Part shown: positions 7,554 to 16,785 of the stretch, in pieces
How the letters are laid out: each line of letters opens with the position of its first letter
Numbering within the stretch: the first letter of the stretch is position 1
Assembly: GCF_965641715.1 (NCBI RefSeq)
Contig: NZ_OZ282456.1
DNA length: 46,125 nucleotides
Source: Escherichia coli
Lineage (GTDB): Bacteria > Pseudomonadota > Gammaproteobacteria > Enterobacterales > Enterobacteriaceae
Direction: 5' to 3' (one strand)
Made by a program: the position numbers and the translations under genes
Notes under the pieces: generated by a model
Database searches by the model: none
The model's input: the letters and a program-made list of their open reading frames with translations, nothing else
What the model was told of the DNA's origin: nothing

Positions 7554-8207
7554 TTACGCGGCAGTAGTCAGAGCCTCAAGCTGGTTGATAATCCCCTGAA
7601 TAACGTCGTCTGCCTTTTTGCGTGGCGCAACGTATGAGCATTCAATGAGGCTTAAGCCCTTATCCTGAGCTTTGCTCAGAGCTGGCTTGTGGGGAATGTA
7701 CTTATCGACAACAAAGTATGGCGTATTAGCCAGGTACTCTTGGGCTTCAATATAGTCAGCTTCATTTTCAGCCGCGCCGGAAAACACCATGCAAATTTTC
7801 TTGATTGGCACACCCTTTTTAACGATGCCGTGAGCAGTGTTAACGGTGGTTTCCAGGTCATCGGTAGAGAATCGGGTTGGCAAAATAACCATATCCAGAA
7901 ATTCAGATAGCTTCGGTACTGATTCAGATGCGTAGGCACCGCCATCAACGATAACCAGGTCGTATACTTCTGATTCGATGATTTTCTGGACTTGTGATGG
8001 TGTGCCGCACGGCTGCGCCGCGATTGCTGGTTCGATATTGTTGGCCATTCTGCGTTGTACCCAACGCGTTACCGTTCCGTTAAGCACATCCATATCGATC
8101 AGGCATACATTCCAGCCAGCCTTTGCATAAGCAACTGCTAAAGCACGGGCAATTGTTGATTTGGTTACGCCGCCTTTTCCGTTGAAAATACCTACAGAGA
8201 TAGTCAT
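7554..8207 (-). CDS. parA: Partition ATPase ParA/ParF (Walker-type)
   Basis: Deviant Walker A GKGGVTKST near the N-terminus; ATG at 8207 has GGAG 9 nt upstream (track start 8222 lacks SD). Confidence 0.8.
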   Translation of the reverse strand: MTISVGIFNGKGGVTKSTIARALAVAYAKAGWNVCLIDMDVLNGTVTRWVQRRMANNIEPAIAAQPCGTPSQVQKIIESEVYDLVIVDGGAYASESVPKLSEFLDMVILPTRFSTDDLETTVNTAHGIVKKGVPIKKICMVFSGAAENEADYIEAQEYLANTPYFVVDKYIPHKPALSKAQDKGLSLIECSYVAPRKKADDVIQGIINQLEALTTAA

Positions 8208-8222
8208 TTGTCGAGACTCCAT

Positions 8223-8345
8223 GTGTTTGGTTATATAATTCTATAAATCTATATTTATAGAACGAGGTAAGCATAACCAACTTTTTGGCGGATGGAAAGC
8301 GTTTTATATAATTATATAAATCTATAATCATATAAGCGGGCGTTA
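8223..8345. repeat. AT-rich repeat array upstream of parA; candidate partition site/operator
   Basis: Two copies of TTATATAATT(C/A)TATAAATCTATA at 8231-8260 and 8304-8335. Confidence 0.4.
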
Positions 8346-8357
8346 GCCCGCTTGCAG

Positions 8358-8732
8358 TCAGAGGTCAGCTATCGTTGATATCAGTTGATTTGCTAGCTGT
8401 CGCTGTTTACGTGAGAGGGTTAGAGCAGCTTCTGAGCGGTCGCTAAGAGGAGTGTTTTCATCAAGAATCATGAGGCATACAGAAATAATAGCCCTGTTAT
8501 ATGCCATCAATGGCTGGCACAGCTTCGATACCGCTGGCACATCGTATTGCAAGGCCGTTTTGAGGCAGACTTTTTGTTCTGATGCCAGATGAAGGATAGA
8601 TTCTATCCAGTCGATATCTTTCTCATTATCAATGATTTGGCATAACATACACTCAATCGCTATGTTCAACGCTTGGATTTCGATTCCAGCAGTGATCAGA
8701 GTTTCGTTTTTATTGGCTGTATGTAATTCCAT
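8358..8732 (-). CDS. Hypothetical protein downstream of the repressor
   Basis: 124-aa ORF; no recognisable family. Confidence 0.4.
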   Translation of the reverse strand: MELHTANKNETLITAGIEIQALNIAIECMLCQIIDNEKDIDWIESILHLASEQKVCLKTALQYDVPAVSKLCQPLMAYNRAIISVCLMILDENTPLSDRSEAALTLSRKQRQLANQLISTIADL

Positions 8733-8764
8733 GCGTAGCCTCTTTTATACTTTCACATGTTGTC

Positions 8765-8785
8765 AAAACCACAAATCGTGGTTTT
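8765..8785. promoter_or_regulatory. Operator-like palindrome AAAACCAC-AAATC-GTGGTTTT
   Basis: ACCAC-N5-GTGGT site in the intergenic gap downstream of the repressor gene. Confidence 0.4.
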
Positions 8786-8824
8786 TTTGAGCGTAGAAAT
8801 GCACGGCTTTCGCCGTGCTGTGTA

Positions 8825-9481
8825 TCATAACCAGTTGACAACACTAACTACGCGGCCCAGAACTTTATAACGCTTAAATTCCTCGTTATTCAGATGCTTA
8901 GTGTTCATTTCAGCATCCCTTTCGGTTGACAGCATAACAGCATTGTCACCCGGTATGACTCTACAGTGCCTCAAAACAACCAGGCCATTTCTGTCTTCAA
9001 GGGCATAGATCCCCTCATGAATCTCTGTATCGTCTGTATTAATCAGGACTTGGGAGCCAGGGGATATTGTTGGTGACATTAACTCATCGTTGCTCTGGAG
9101 AACTGACAGAGACGATGGGTTGATGTTCTTGCTTCGTAGAATCTCCTGTTCTATCGCCAGCACTGGCTTTTCTCCGGCGTGCGATGCTATGTCATTTTTT
9201 ATAGCTACAAGCCCAGGAATAACAGGAGCGTTAGTATTCTGGGGTGGGAACGGGTTATCTGTTAAGCACGCGATATAAGGCGCTGATGCTTTCAGGGCGT
9301 GCGCGATTTTCTTGATGGCAGGTATCGATGGTTGTCTTAATCCGGCCTCATAGTTCTGCAAGGTGCTTAAGCCTATTCCAGTGACTTGCTGGAGATCTCC
9401 GGCAGTCATGCCGGATTGTTTCCGTAGAGTCTGAATGCGCAGACCTATTTCTTTCTTGATGTTCTCGTCGTTGCTTTTCAT
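8825..9481 (-). CDS. CI-like prophage repressor (HTH XRE domain plus S24 LexA-like peptidase domain)
   Basis: N-terminal HTH (LRKQSGMTAGDLQQVTGIGLSTLQNYEAG); C-terminal domain with the layout of self-cleaving CI/LexA repressors. Confidence 0.8.
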   Translation of the reverse strand: MKSNDENIKKEIGLRIQTLRKQSGMTAGDLQQVTGIGLSTLQNYEAGLRQPSIPAIKKIAHALKASAPYIACLTDNPFPPQNTNAPVIPGLVAIKNDIASHAGEKPVLAIEQEILRSKNINPSSLSVLQSNDELMSPTISPGSQVLINTDDTEIHEGIYALEDRNGLVVLRHCRVIPGDNAVMLSTERDAEMNTKHLNNEEFKRYKVLGRVVSVVNWL

Positions 9482-9518
9482 GTCTCATCAATCGTGAATG
9501 GTGGGTTATTTATACATT

Positions 9519-9636
9519 ACCACATTTAGTGGTTTTCACATGGTAAGACGAGAGGTGGACCACAAATAGAAGGTTATTTTTTGTTTCGCCCATTGAAAAA
9601 CCCACGATATGTGGTTTTAATACCACATATCGTGGT
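9519..9636. promoter_or_regulatory. Divergent immunity control region with three operators: ACCACATTTAGTGGT (9519-9533), CCACGATATGTGG (9602-9614), ACCACATATCGTGGT (9622-9636)
   Basis: Three copies of the 5-bp inverted repeat ACCAC/GTGGT with 5-bp spacer, plus a half-site at 9558-9566, between divergent repressor and cro-like genes. Confidence 0.55.
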
Positions 9637-9655
9637 TTTAACTGGAGTTCGTTAA

Positions 9656-10150
9656 ATGACCTTTCAGGAGTGGGTTGACGAAAATGGAGGCCAAATTGGT
9701 GTTGCCAGAAAGTTTGGCTTTACGTCATCACTGATTGGTGCCTGGTATCGCTTCGAGAGATTCCCTCGTGCGGATAACCTGACGCTGCTGGTGGCGTATT
9801 CGGAAGGCCGGATTAACGTCCAGCAATGGGCGGCAGATTTTGCCGAACGTCAGCGCCAGCGTAGCGATGGCACATCGGTTCGGCAGAACAAGATCAAAGG
9901 GAATCTCCCTGTTAACTGCTTATCAAGGCTGAAAGCGGTTTTCTCTGAGCTGGGGATGCCTGCGGAGCGTTGCAATCTACGCGGTCCGCGATTCATTGCT
10001 CGCTGGAAACACTCACACGTAACCGTTTCAGAGGTTCGTGATGCGATTACCGTGCTGGAGCTTAAGAATAAAGATTCCAGCGATATCGAGCTGATTCATA
10101 AGGAGATTAGCAACGCCCGGCGTTCAGCACTTGGGAGGCTTGAGGAATGA
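9656..10150 (+). CDS. Cro/CII-like early regulator (N-terminal Cro/YdaS-type HTH)
   Basis: Divergent from the repressor; N-terminus NGGQIGVARKFGFTSSLIGAWY resembles Cro/YdaS HTH. Confidence 0.4.
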   Translation: MTFQEWVDENGGQIGVARKFGFTSSLIGAWYRFERFPRADNLTLLVAYSEGRINVQQWAADFAERQRQRSDGTSVRQNKIKGNLPVNCLSRLKAVFSELGMPAERCNLRGPRFIARWKHSHVTVSEVRDAITVLELKNKDSSDIELIHKEISNARRSALGRLEE

Positions 10151-10662
10151 TGATTCTGGCCTTCTTTGGTGATAATCACCAGATTCAATCGCAGGTGGTG
10201 CACTACCTTGATCAAACGATTAAAGGATTTGTTATCGATCATATTGATAACGATAGCAAACATCTATCTGTAGATCAGAAAATTGGACGTGTGCAGCGAC
10301 TGGTTGCCAGCCGTAACAGACGTGACACCGTAACAGTAGTCACGGGGATAACGGAGGTCATGGAGTACCAGATGTTGCTGCATCGTGGAGCTGTTTTCTG
10401 CGTTCTTCCTGGCATTCTGCCAGCAATTCTTGCTCGTGGTTTTGTCCCTATTGATGAGTCGTTTTTATATGTAACCCCAAGCCGTTCCCTTCTGGATACG
10501 GAGGCGAAGCGTCGCATTTATATGATGCCGGACGAGGCATTTTCTGAATGTTACCGCCGTGAAATGAGGTTGGGTAAACGAGAAGTGTCTGTTGTTCGTG
10601 ATGGCAGGTTTTTAAGAAGCCGCACGGTGAAAAGCACCAGAAATGACGGGGGCCATCAATGA
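10147..10662 (+). CDS. Hypothetical early protein
   Basis: 171-aa ORF with start overlapping the upstream stop (ATGA). Confidence 0.4.
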   Translation: MMILAFFGDNHQIQSQVVHYLDQTIKGFVIDHIDNDSKHLSVDQKIGRVQRLVASRNRRDTVTVVTGITEVMEYQMLLHRGAVFCVLPGILPAILARGFVPIDESFLYVTPSRSLLDTEAKRRIYMMPDEAFSECYRREMRLGKREVSVVRDGRFLRSRTVKSTRNDGGHQ

Positions 10663-10892
10663 GTAGTTATGTTCGCGGTGCTGCGATGCATTGCCAGAAT
10701 TCCCAATTCTGGCGCTTTCTGACCAGTAAAACAGGGAAGAACGTTTCAAACAGTTCTGAGGCCTCTGTGATTCTGCGTGAGTTTTGCGGGATCTCATCCC
10801 GTAAAGAGCTGGCAAAGAACTACGCGGCCAGAAGCATGTATGTCCAGTTAATCAACGAGTTCAACCTCTTTATCAATGGTAAGGGGCGCTGA
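10659..10892 (+). CDS. Hypothetical protein
   Basis: 77-aa ORF, overlapping start and stop with neighbours. Confidence 0.3.
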   Translation: MSSYVRGAAMHCQNSQFWRFLTSKTGKNVSNSSEASVILREFCGISSRKELAKNYAARSMYVQLINEFNLFINGKGR

Positions 10893-11296
10893 TGAACGGA
10901 CGTACACCAACGAAGAAAGAGAAACTTTATATACAAGCGGTGCTCACTCACGTGGGTTGCATAGCTTGCATTATTGATGGCCGTGAAATTGAGAATCCAG
11001 AGCTGTGGACGGAGCTACATCACGATCCTGATTACGGCAGCGTTGATGAGAATTGCCACTTTCATAGCTTTGGATTGTGCGCACCACATCATCGCGGTGT
11101 TGTGCCTGGTGGTGGGCGCGTGCCTCCGCATATCGCCGTTCGTCACCCTCCCCTGAGTAATTGTGCTCGCTTTGTTGAGCGTTATGGCACCGATGAATTT
11201 TTGTGTGCGCAGACGTGGGAGCTGTTGCCGCAGTCAGTTAAAGACGAAATTGGGTTTGATCTTAGTCTTGGTGAAGTACCAGGGGATACCAAATGA
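10892..11296 (+). CDS. Cys/His-rich protein, possible HNH/Ref-like nuclease
   Basis: Motifs CIACI...HHD...CHFH...CAPHHRG suggest a metal-binding nuclease fold; family uncertain. Confidence 0.3.
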   Translation: MNGRTPTKKEKLYIQAVLTHVGCIACIIDGREIENPELWTELHHDPDYGSVDENCHFHSFGLCAPHHRGVVPGGGRVPPHIAVRHPPLSNCARFVERYGTDEFLCAQTWELLPQSVKDEIGFDLSLGEVPGDTK

Positions 11297-11625
11297 GATA
11301 TACCGGCTTTCGCAAACCAGCGACCAGGAAAAGCAAATACGGCAATAAAAAAACGGTTGTCGATGATATCGCTTTTGATAGCAAAAAAGAGGCTGATTAC
11401 TACTGCGAACTGAAGTTACTGAGAAAAGCTGGCCGCGTTGTGACGTTTCTTATGCAGGTGCCTTTTCATCTGCCTGGTGGTGTCGTTTATAAACTTGATT
11501 TCATGGTGTTTTATGACGATGGGACGATTGATTGTGTCGACACTAAAGGTGTGCGAACAGACGTCTACATCATGAAGAAAAAGCAGGTAGAGGCGCTTTA
11601 TCCCGTCACGATACGGGAGATCTGA
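11293..11625 (+). CDS. DUF1064-family phage protein
   Basis: KYGNKKTVVDDIAFDSKKEADYYCELKLL matches the DUF1064 N-terminal signature as recalled. Confidence 0.5.
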   Translation: MRYTGFRKPATRKSKYGNKKTVVDDIAFDSKKEADYYCELKLLRKAGRVVTFLMQVPFHLPGGVVYKLDFMVFYDDGTIDCVDTKGVRTDVYIMKKKQVEALYPVTIREI

Positions 11626-11628
11626 ACA

Positions 11629-12006
11629 GTGAGACGCGATCTGGATAGCTTGTTTGAGCTATGGGCGCTGTGGGTGCGCAATGGCTGCAACGCCCGTAGC
11701 GGTTTCGCGTCGATGTTAGAAATGATGATGGTTACGCGTTGCCAGTTTACCGGAGGGGGCGGCGCACCAAATGACTCACTGGAAACCAGTATCGAGGGAG
11801 CTGTGACGGCCCTCACGGTAGTTGATGAGACTGCGGCGCTGGTTGTCCGAATTGAATACGGGGCGTGGGAGATTCGGGGCCTCGACATAAATGCACCGCA
11901 TATTGATAAAGCCCACGCCCTTTCTCTTAGTCTCAGACAGTATCGCCGGAAGCTGGCAAAAGCCAGGGCGTATGTTGTCGACTATTTGAAAAAGCGAAGA
12001 GAGTGA
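11629..12006 (+). CDS. Putative antitermination protein Q-like
   Basis: 125 aa; N-terminal L.ELWALW pattern and size resemble small Q antiterminators; position just upstream of a promoter-leader copy and the late genes. Confidence 0.4.
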   Translation: MRRDLDSLFELWALWVRNGCNARSGFASMLEMMMVTRCQFTGGGGAPNDSLETSIEGAVTALTVVDETAALVVRIEYGAWEIRGLDINAPHIDKAHALSLSLRQYRRKLAKARAYVVDYLKKRRE

Positions 12007-12066
12007 AAGTGTCATTTTGAGCTGTTTTGATGGTGTGTAGACATCGGGAACATCGAAAATCTATAA

Positions 12067-12175
12067 ATATATAATTATAGATTTATATAAAAAGTGCTTT
12101 ACAGGTGGGAAAAAATTTCCTAAGGTTATACCCGAAACCGAGCGATACCCGCCCTGGTTAAACCGGAGAAATCTG
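12067..12175 (+). promoter_or_regulatory. Copy B of the triplicated promoter-leader element
   Basis: About 97 percent identical to 3004-3113 and 16786-16895 over about 100 bp; one base shorter before the ATG. Confidence 0.55.
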
Positions 12176-13243
12176 ATGAATAAACAAGTAATTATTTCTG
12201 ACTGGATCAACAACCCTAACAGCCTGTTAAGCACTGATACTGGCTACCTATTACGCCATGTTAATGGTCGTATGGTCAAAAGCGATGAGCACGAAACCTT
12301 TTTCTTTGTTGAAGACGATGGGCGTATCTATGAGGATGGTTACTCTTATGAAGCCCAAACTGGTTGTATCCCTGCGGAGCTGGTGGACGTAACAGAAGAT
12401 CTGCGCAAAGCATGGCTTGAACAGCAGCAGCGCGGAGATGATTACGTAAACACCTATCAGGAACGCCAGAACGCGCGTCTTGCCCGATATATTGCTCGTG
12501 CAGAAAAAGCCAGAAAAGAAGGTGCGGTAGCGCATAAGCGAGCGCATGACCTGTTGGATGTGATCCCGTTAGGCCAGCCGATTTTAGTTGACCATTATAG
12601 CGCGAAAGGCCATCGCCGCCGTTTGTCTAAAGCTGATGCGTTATTCAGAAAAGCGTTTGTTGAATGCGAAAGTAAAGCATCACACTACGAGAGCAAAGCC
12701 GCAGGTGTTGGTCGTAATGGAATTTCGTCTGATGATCCTGATGCGCTATTTAAGTTGCTTCGTAAGCTGCAAGGCTGCATGAAGTCACACGTCAAAATGA
12801 AGGCCGCAAATAAGGCCATTCGCAAATACAAAAAAGACCAATTACAGCAGCTTTCTGCATTAATCGATCTCAGGTTTACAGAAAGCGAAGCCAAAGAGTT
12901 ACTGGCCGGAGATTTCTGTGGGCACATCGGATTCCCTTCATACGCACTGAGCAACAATAAGGCCGAAATCAAACGACTACAGAGCCGTATTAAGGAGCTT
13001 GAATCGGTCAAGTCTGTAACAGGAGCACAGCGCGAAGAATACGACGGCTTTTCTATGGAGATAGATCCAGAGGATAACCGCATCCTGTTTTATTTCCCTG
13101 GCAAACCAGAGGCAAACATTCGTTCGCTGCTTAAATCACGCGCCTTTAAGTGGAGTCCAACCCGTAATGCATGGGTTCGCAAGATTACTCCAAACGCCCT
13201 GGCTGATGCCCGATATCTGAAAGAATCGCTATTGAAAGCCTGA
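12176..13243 (+). CDS. DUF3560-family protein
   Basis: Segments GQPILVDHYSAKGHRRRLSKADA, ISSDDPDALFKL and MKAANKAIRKYKK match DUF3560 as recalled. Confidence 0.5.
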   Translation: MNKQVIISDWINNPNSLLSTDTGYLLRHVNGRMVKSDEHETFFFVEDDGRIYEDGYSYEAQTGCIPAELVDVTEDLRKAWLEQQQRGDDYVNTYQERQNARLARYIARAEKARKEGAVAHKRAHDLLDVIPLGQPILVDHYSAKGHRRRLSKADALFRKAFVECESKASHYESKAAGVGRNGISSDDPDALFKLLRKLQGCMKSHVKMKAANKAIRKYKKDQLQQLSALIDLRFTESEAKELLAGDFCGHIGFPSYALSNNKAEIKRLQSRIKELESVKSVTGAQREEYDGFSMEIDPEDNRILFYFPGKPEANIRSLLKSRAFKWSPTRNAWVRKITPNALADARYLKESLLKA

Positions 13244-13320
13244 CAGTAAGCCTACGGCGGGATATCTCCCGCCGTATATAGAATTATATATTTATATAAA
13301 TGTATAAGGACGCCTCGACA

Positions 13321-13602
13321 ATGAAACGCAAAATTATTAACCCCCAAGATGTGATTAATTTCCTGACCGATCACCCATGTTCAAAAGTGGACGTAATCGC
13401 GGAGCACATTGGTGTGTCGCAGAACTCTATGCGTTGCAGACTGAGAAGCATGGTTGCCGAAGGACAGATAACAACCAGGAAAATAAATGGTTGCCTGTAC
13501 TACTCCGCTAAACCGGAATTGCCATTTGGCATGAATCCTAACTCCATGTTGTTTAACACCTTATTAGCCAAAGTTAAGCCGTTGAGAGGGGCTGTGGCAT
13601 GA
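13321..13602 (+). CDS. Hypothetical protein (possible winged-helix DNA-binding)
   Basis: Track frame 13300-13602; the 13300 start lies inside an AT-rich motif, ATG at 13321 preferred. Confidence 0.35.
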   Translation: MKRKIINPQDVINFLTDHPCSKVDVIAEHIGVSQNSMRCRLRSMVAEGQITTRKINGCLYYSAKPELPFGMNPNSMLFNTLLAKVKPLRGAVA

Positions 13603-13992
13603 GCATCAAAACCCATACCGGAATAATCATTACCAATGATGGTGAGAAAAGAGTGAAGTTGCGCGAAACGCCGACAACCTGGTGTGTTGGTCCGAAAGAA
13701 ACATAATGAAGCACATACAACCGAAAACATGGCAGAAACTGGACTCTATGGGCGTTAAGTTGGAGAAGATTACTCAACTTAAGCAGTGGCATATCGGCGA
13801 ATATTATGGAAGTCCTGGTCGGGATGTTCGGTTGGTCAAAAGTTAAGTATTGTTTTTTTATTGATCGATTAACCACAATATGAAGGTTTTTTTATGGGAA
13901 AACCTTGTTTTAGGTGGTAACTGGGTGTAGTGTTTCATTTAACGTAGTAAAACTGCGTTAAGCGATTACCGCGTAATTTGTTGCTTTATGAA

Positions 13993-14023
13993 GCCCTGCC
14001 TTTTCGGCGGGGCTTTTTTTTTT
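13993..14023 (+). terminator. Strong Rho-independent terminator immediately upstream of the lysis cassette
   Basis: 8-bp stem GCCCTGCC/GGCGGGGC (one G-U), loop TTTTC, followed by a 10-T run; holin ATG 14 bp downstream. Confidence 0.65.
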
Positions 14024-14036
14024 AACGAGGATTTCA

Positions 14037-14432
14037 ATGTCAGCAGAACCAATTTCCGGTACGGCCGTTGCTGCTGGTGGCCTGATGGGTGCCAGCGTTT
14101 TTGGTATTGCAACTGGTATTGATTACGGCGTTGTATTCGGGGCATTTGCTGGCGCTGTTTTCTATGTTGCTACAGCGGTGAATATTAGCCGTCTCAAGCT
14201 GATTGGCTATTTCTTTACATCGTTCATTGTTGGAGTGATTGGAGCGCCGTTAGTTGGCTCATTTCTTGCCAAATGGACCAGCTACAACGATCGTCCTCTG
14301 GATGCGCTTGGTGCGGTTATTGTGGCTGCATTGACCATTAAAATCCTCACGTTCGTAAACAGCCAGGATCTCGGTAGCATCTTTGGAATGCTTTCCCGCT
14401 TACGTGGAGGGGGTTCAAATGGTAAGCAGTGA
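14037..14432 (+). CDS. Holin-like membrane protein
   Basis: 131 aa with several hydrophobic segments; first gene of the lysis cassette. Confidence 0.45.
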   Translation: MSAEPISGTAVAAGGLMGASVFGIATGIDYGVVFGAFAGAVFYVATAVNISRLKLIGYFFTSFIVGVIGAPLVGSFLAKWTSYNDRPLDALGAVIVAALTIKILTFVNSQDLGSIFGMLSRLRGGGSNGKQ

Positions 14433-14715
14433 CCCGTCAGCACTGATTAATGCGGTGCTTTGCACAGTAATAGTAATGGCGCTGATGCTTTATCGACGGA
14501 AAGACTCCAGGCATCGTCCATTTGTTTCCTTTCTGGCTTATATCTACGTCATTGTATACGCCAATGTTCCCTTCCGTTATGTGTTCGGTCTTTATCAAGA
14601 ATCCCACTGGCTGGTGGTTATTGGAAATCTGATTATCTGCATCGTTGTTCTGTATTTCAGGGGCAATCTGGCGCGGATAGTTGACGCATTAGGGTTTAAT
14701 CATGACCAAAGATGA
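14419..14715 (+). CDS. Second membrane protein of the lysis cassette (holin/antiholin-like)
   Basis: ATG at 14419 with GGAGG 8 nt upstream; about three predicted transmembrane segments; track frame 14383-14715. Confidence 0.4.
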   Translation: MVSSDPSALINAVLCTVIVMALMLYRRKDSRHRPFVSFLAYIYVIVYANVPFRYVFGLYQESHWLVVIGNLIICIVVLYFRGNLARIVDALGFNHDQR

Positions 14716-15244
14716 GATTTTTAACAGTGTTCTTGGAAAAGAGGGCGGCTATGTGGATCACCCTGACGACAAGGGAGGCCCAACAAAGTGGGGCATTACT
14801 CAGAACACTGCCCGTGCTCATGGATACCGTGGCGATATGCGCGATTTAACTCGCGAACAGGCTCTGGAAATCCTTGAGGCTGATTACTGGTACGGCCCAC
14901 GTTTTGACCAGATAGCAACTCTGTCGCCGGATATTGCCGCAGAACTGTGCGACACGGGCGTCAACATGGGGCCAACAGTGGCGTCAAAAATGCTTCAACG
15001 CTGGCTGAATGTGTTCAACCTGCGTGGGAAGCTGTATCCCGATTTGGATGCAGACGGACGAATCGGTCCACGTACCATTAATGCGCTGCGTGCTTATCTT
15101 GGGAATCGGGGAAAAGACGGCGAACGGGTGATGCTGACGTCGCTGAACTGTACGCAGGGCGAACGCTATCTGGAGTTGGCGGAGAAGCGCGAGGCTAATG
15201 AGTCGTTTGTCTACGGCTGGATGAAAGAGCGAGTGGTGGTATGA
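14702..15244 (+). CDS. Endolysin (GH108-type N-terminal domain with peptidoglycan-binding C-terminal domain)
   Basis: N-terminal signature GKEGGYVDHPDDKGGPTKWGIT typical of GH108 lysozymes. Confidence 0.75.
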   Translation: MTKDEIFNSVLGKEGGYVDHPDDKGGPTKWGITQNTARAHGYRGDMRDLTREQALEILEADYWYGPRFDQIATLSPDIAAELCDTGVNMGPTVASKMLQRWLNVFNLRGKLYPDLDADGRIGPRTINALRAYLGNRGKDGERVMLTSLNCTQGERYLELAEKREANESFVYGWMKERVVV

Positions 15245-15519
15245 CTGGTTTGAAGGCCGTTTTGTCATTTATTGGCACAATTATATTGGTTGCATTTGGC
15301 GCGTTTGGTTTTGGTCGTATGAAGGGGCGAGAAAAGGCCGAAGATGAAGCTGAAAAGCAGCGCATTAATGAGAATGCAGCCGCCGTAAAAGCCACTGCGG
15401 AGCGGCGTATAGAAGTGACAAAAGAGGTGGGGAATGTACAGCAGAGTGTTAACCATATGGCTGATGACGATGTTGATCGCGAGCTGCGGGAGTCGTGGAA
15501 GCGTCCCGGTGGTGGTTGA
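15241..15519 (+). CDS. i-spanin (Rz-like)
   Basis: N-terminal transmembrane helix then charged coiled-coil region; follows the endolysin with overlapping start. Confidence 0.5.
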   Translation: MTGLKAVLSFIGTIILVAFGAFGFGRMKGREKAEDEAEKQRINENAAAVKATAERRIEVTKEVGNVQQSVNHMADDDVDRELRESWKRPGGG

Positions 15520-15643
15520 TACCGCCTGTGATTGGGTAAAGCCCATCTACCTGACTGATCACGACATCGATGTTATGGACCGACAGACAAAGAAAGATAT
15601 TCTGGCTCATAACAGGGCATGGGAAATCAACTGTCCAAAGTAA
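15434..15643 (+). CDS. o-spanin (Rz1-like lipoprotein) overlapping the i-spanin in another frame
   Basis: Lipobox-like LIASC within the signal sequence; overlapped Rz/Rz1-type arrangement. Confidence 0.5.
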   Translation: MYSRVLTIWLMTMLIASCGSRGSVPVVVDTACDWVKPIYLTDHDIDVMDRQTKKDILAHNRAWEINCPK

Positions 15644-15720
15644 TATATATTTCTATAATTATATAAATATATAGTTACAACATTCTATGCGCTTTTCTCA
15701 TGGGCGCACGCATCAACCAT

Positions 15721-15803
15721 GTTTGTCTGATATGCCGCCGCGCCCAAAAATCCTGAATTTATTGGCTGGGATTTTCGTGCGCGGCGCCACACCAGACAAA
15801 CAA
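15721..15803. other. Long multi-tier inverted repeat upstream of the tRNA
   Basis: Outer arms GTTTGTCTG/CAGACAAAC, middle arms GCCGCGC/GCGCGGC, inner arms AAAATCC/GGATTTT. Confidence 0.35.
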
Positions 15804-15812
15804 ATCAAATAT

Positions 15813-15888
15813 GGCCCCTTAGCTCAGTGGTTAGAGCAGGCGACTCATAATCGCACGGTCATCGGTTCAAATCCGGTAGGGGCCACCA
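15813..15888 (+). tRNA. tRNA with CAT anticodon (Met by anticodon; sequence resembles the lysidine-type tRNA-Ile2)
   Basis: Manual cloverleaf: 7-bp acceptor stem GGCCCCT/AGGGGCC, D-arm GCTC-AGTGGTTA-GAGC, anticodon loop CTCATAA, T-loop GGTTCAAATCC, 3' CCA encoded. Confidence 0.8.
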
Positions 15889-16195
15889 ATTCACTCTCAC
15901 ACATAAAGATAAGCGCGGTGGAGTTACTTCTTCGTGCTCATCTTTATGCGTGCCTGGTGCGCATTTCGGGCGAACGTGGGGCTAAGTTACAGGCAGGGCC
16001 TGTTATCCGCAAAGGGGTAAAAGCTGGAGCGGCACGGAACTGTAGCCGTGTTACCAAAACAGCGTTGTCGGGCGATATCCGGCACACAACAGGCAAGGGC
16101 ATTAATCAGTCTGGTTAGTGCCCTTTTCGTTGTGTTTGCTGTAGAGCTGGCCAGCGTTATGACTGCCGGAGATAAGCGCCGGAGGCACAATTAAC

Positions 16196-16783
16196 ATGGA
16201 GGCAATTGCATTGTTTAATCTGATTTATGCAGATCCCCCCTGGGAATACAAAGACAAGTGTAAGGATGGGAATCGTGGAGCTGGTTTTAAGTATCCAACG
16301 ATGAAAGCTGAGGAGATTGCTCGTATTCCTGTCTGGCAGCTTGCTAATCCTGAATCGTGTTTGTTGGCCATGTGGTGGGTTCCGACTCAGCCAGAAGAAG
16401 CGTTGCTGGTGGTTAAAGCATGGGGATTCAGGCTGATGACCATGAAGGGCTTCACATGGAACAAATGTGGTAGCCGACAACCAGATAAGCTGGTGATGGG
16501 GATGGGGCATATGACTCGTGCAAACAGTGAAGATTGCTTGTTTGCGGTAAAAGGCAAACTGCCGACCCGTCTTGATGCGGGGATCATTCAGTCGTTTACA
16601 TCGCCTCGTCTGGAGCATTCTCGGAAGCCTGATGTGGTCCGTGACAAGCTGGTAAAGCTGTTAGGTGATGTTCCTCGTATTGAGCTGTTTGCTCGCGGTG
16701 ATTTACCTGATGGCTGGCATGGCTGGGGCAACCAGTGCAATGGAGGTATCCAGTTGCATGATGCTCTCTGGCAAGTGGCATAG
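16196..16783 (+). CDS. MT-A70-family DNA N6-adenine methyltransferase
   Basis: Catalytic DPPW motif near the N-terminus (IYADPPWEY), size about 195 aa. Confidence 0.75.
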   Translation: MEAIALFNLIYADPPWEYKDKCKDGNRGAGFKYPTMKAEEIARIPVWQLANPESCLLAMWWVPTQPEEALLVVKAWGFRLMTMKGFTWNKCGSRQPDKLVMGMGHMTRANSEDCLFAVKGKLPTRLDAGIIQSFTSPRLEHSRKPDVVRDKLVKLLGDVPRIELFARGDLPDGWHGWGNQCNGGIQLHDALWQVA

Positions 16784-16785
16784 AA

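Noticed and set aside
15687-16118. 143-aa ORF on the plus strand
   Set aside because: It runs straight through the tRNA gene at 15813-15888 and has no start context; judged a spurious reading frame.
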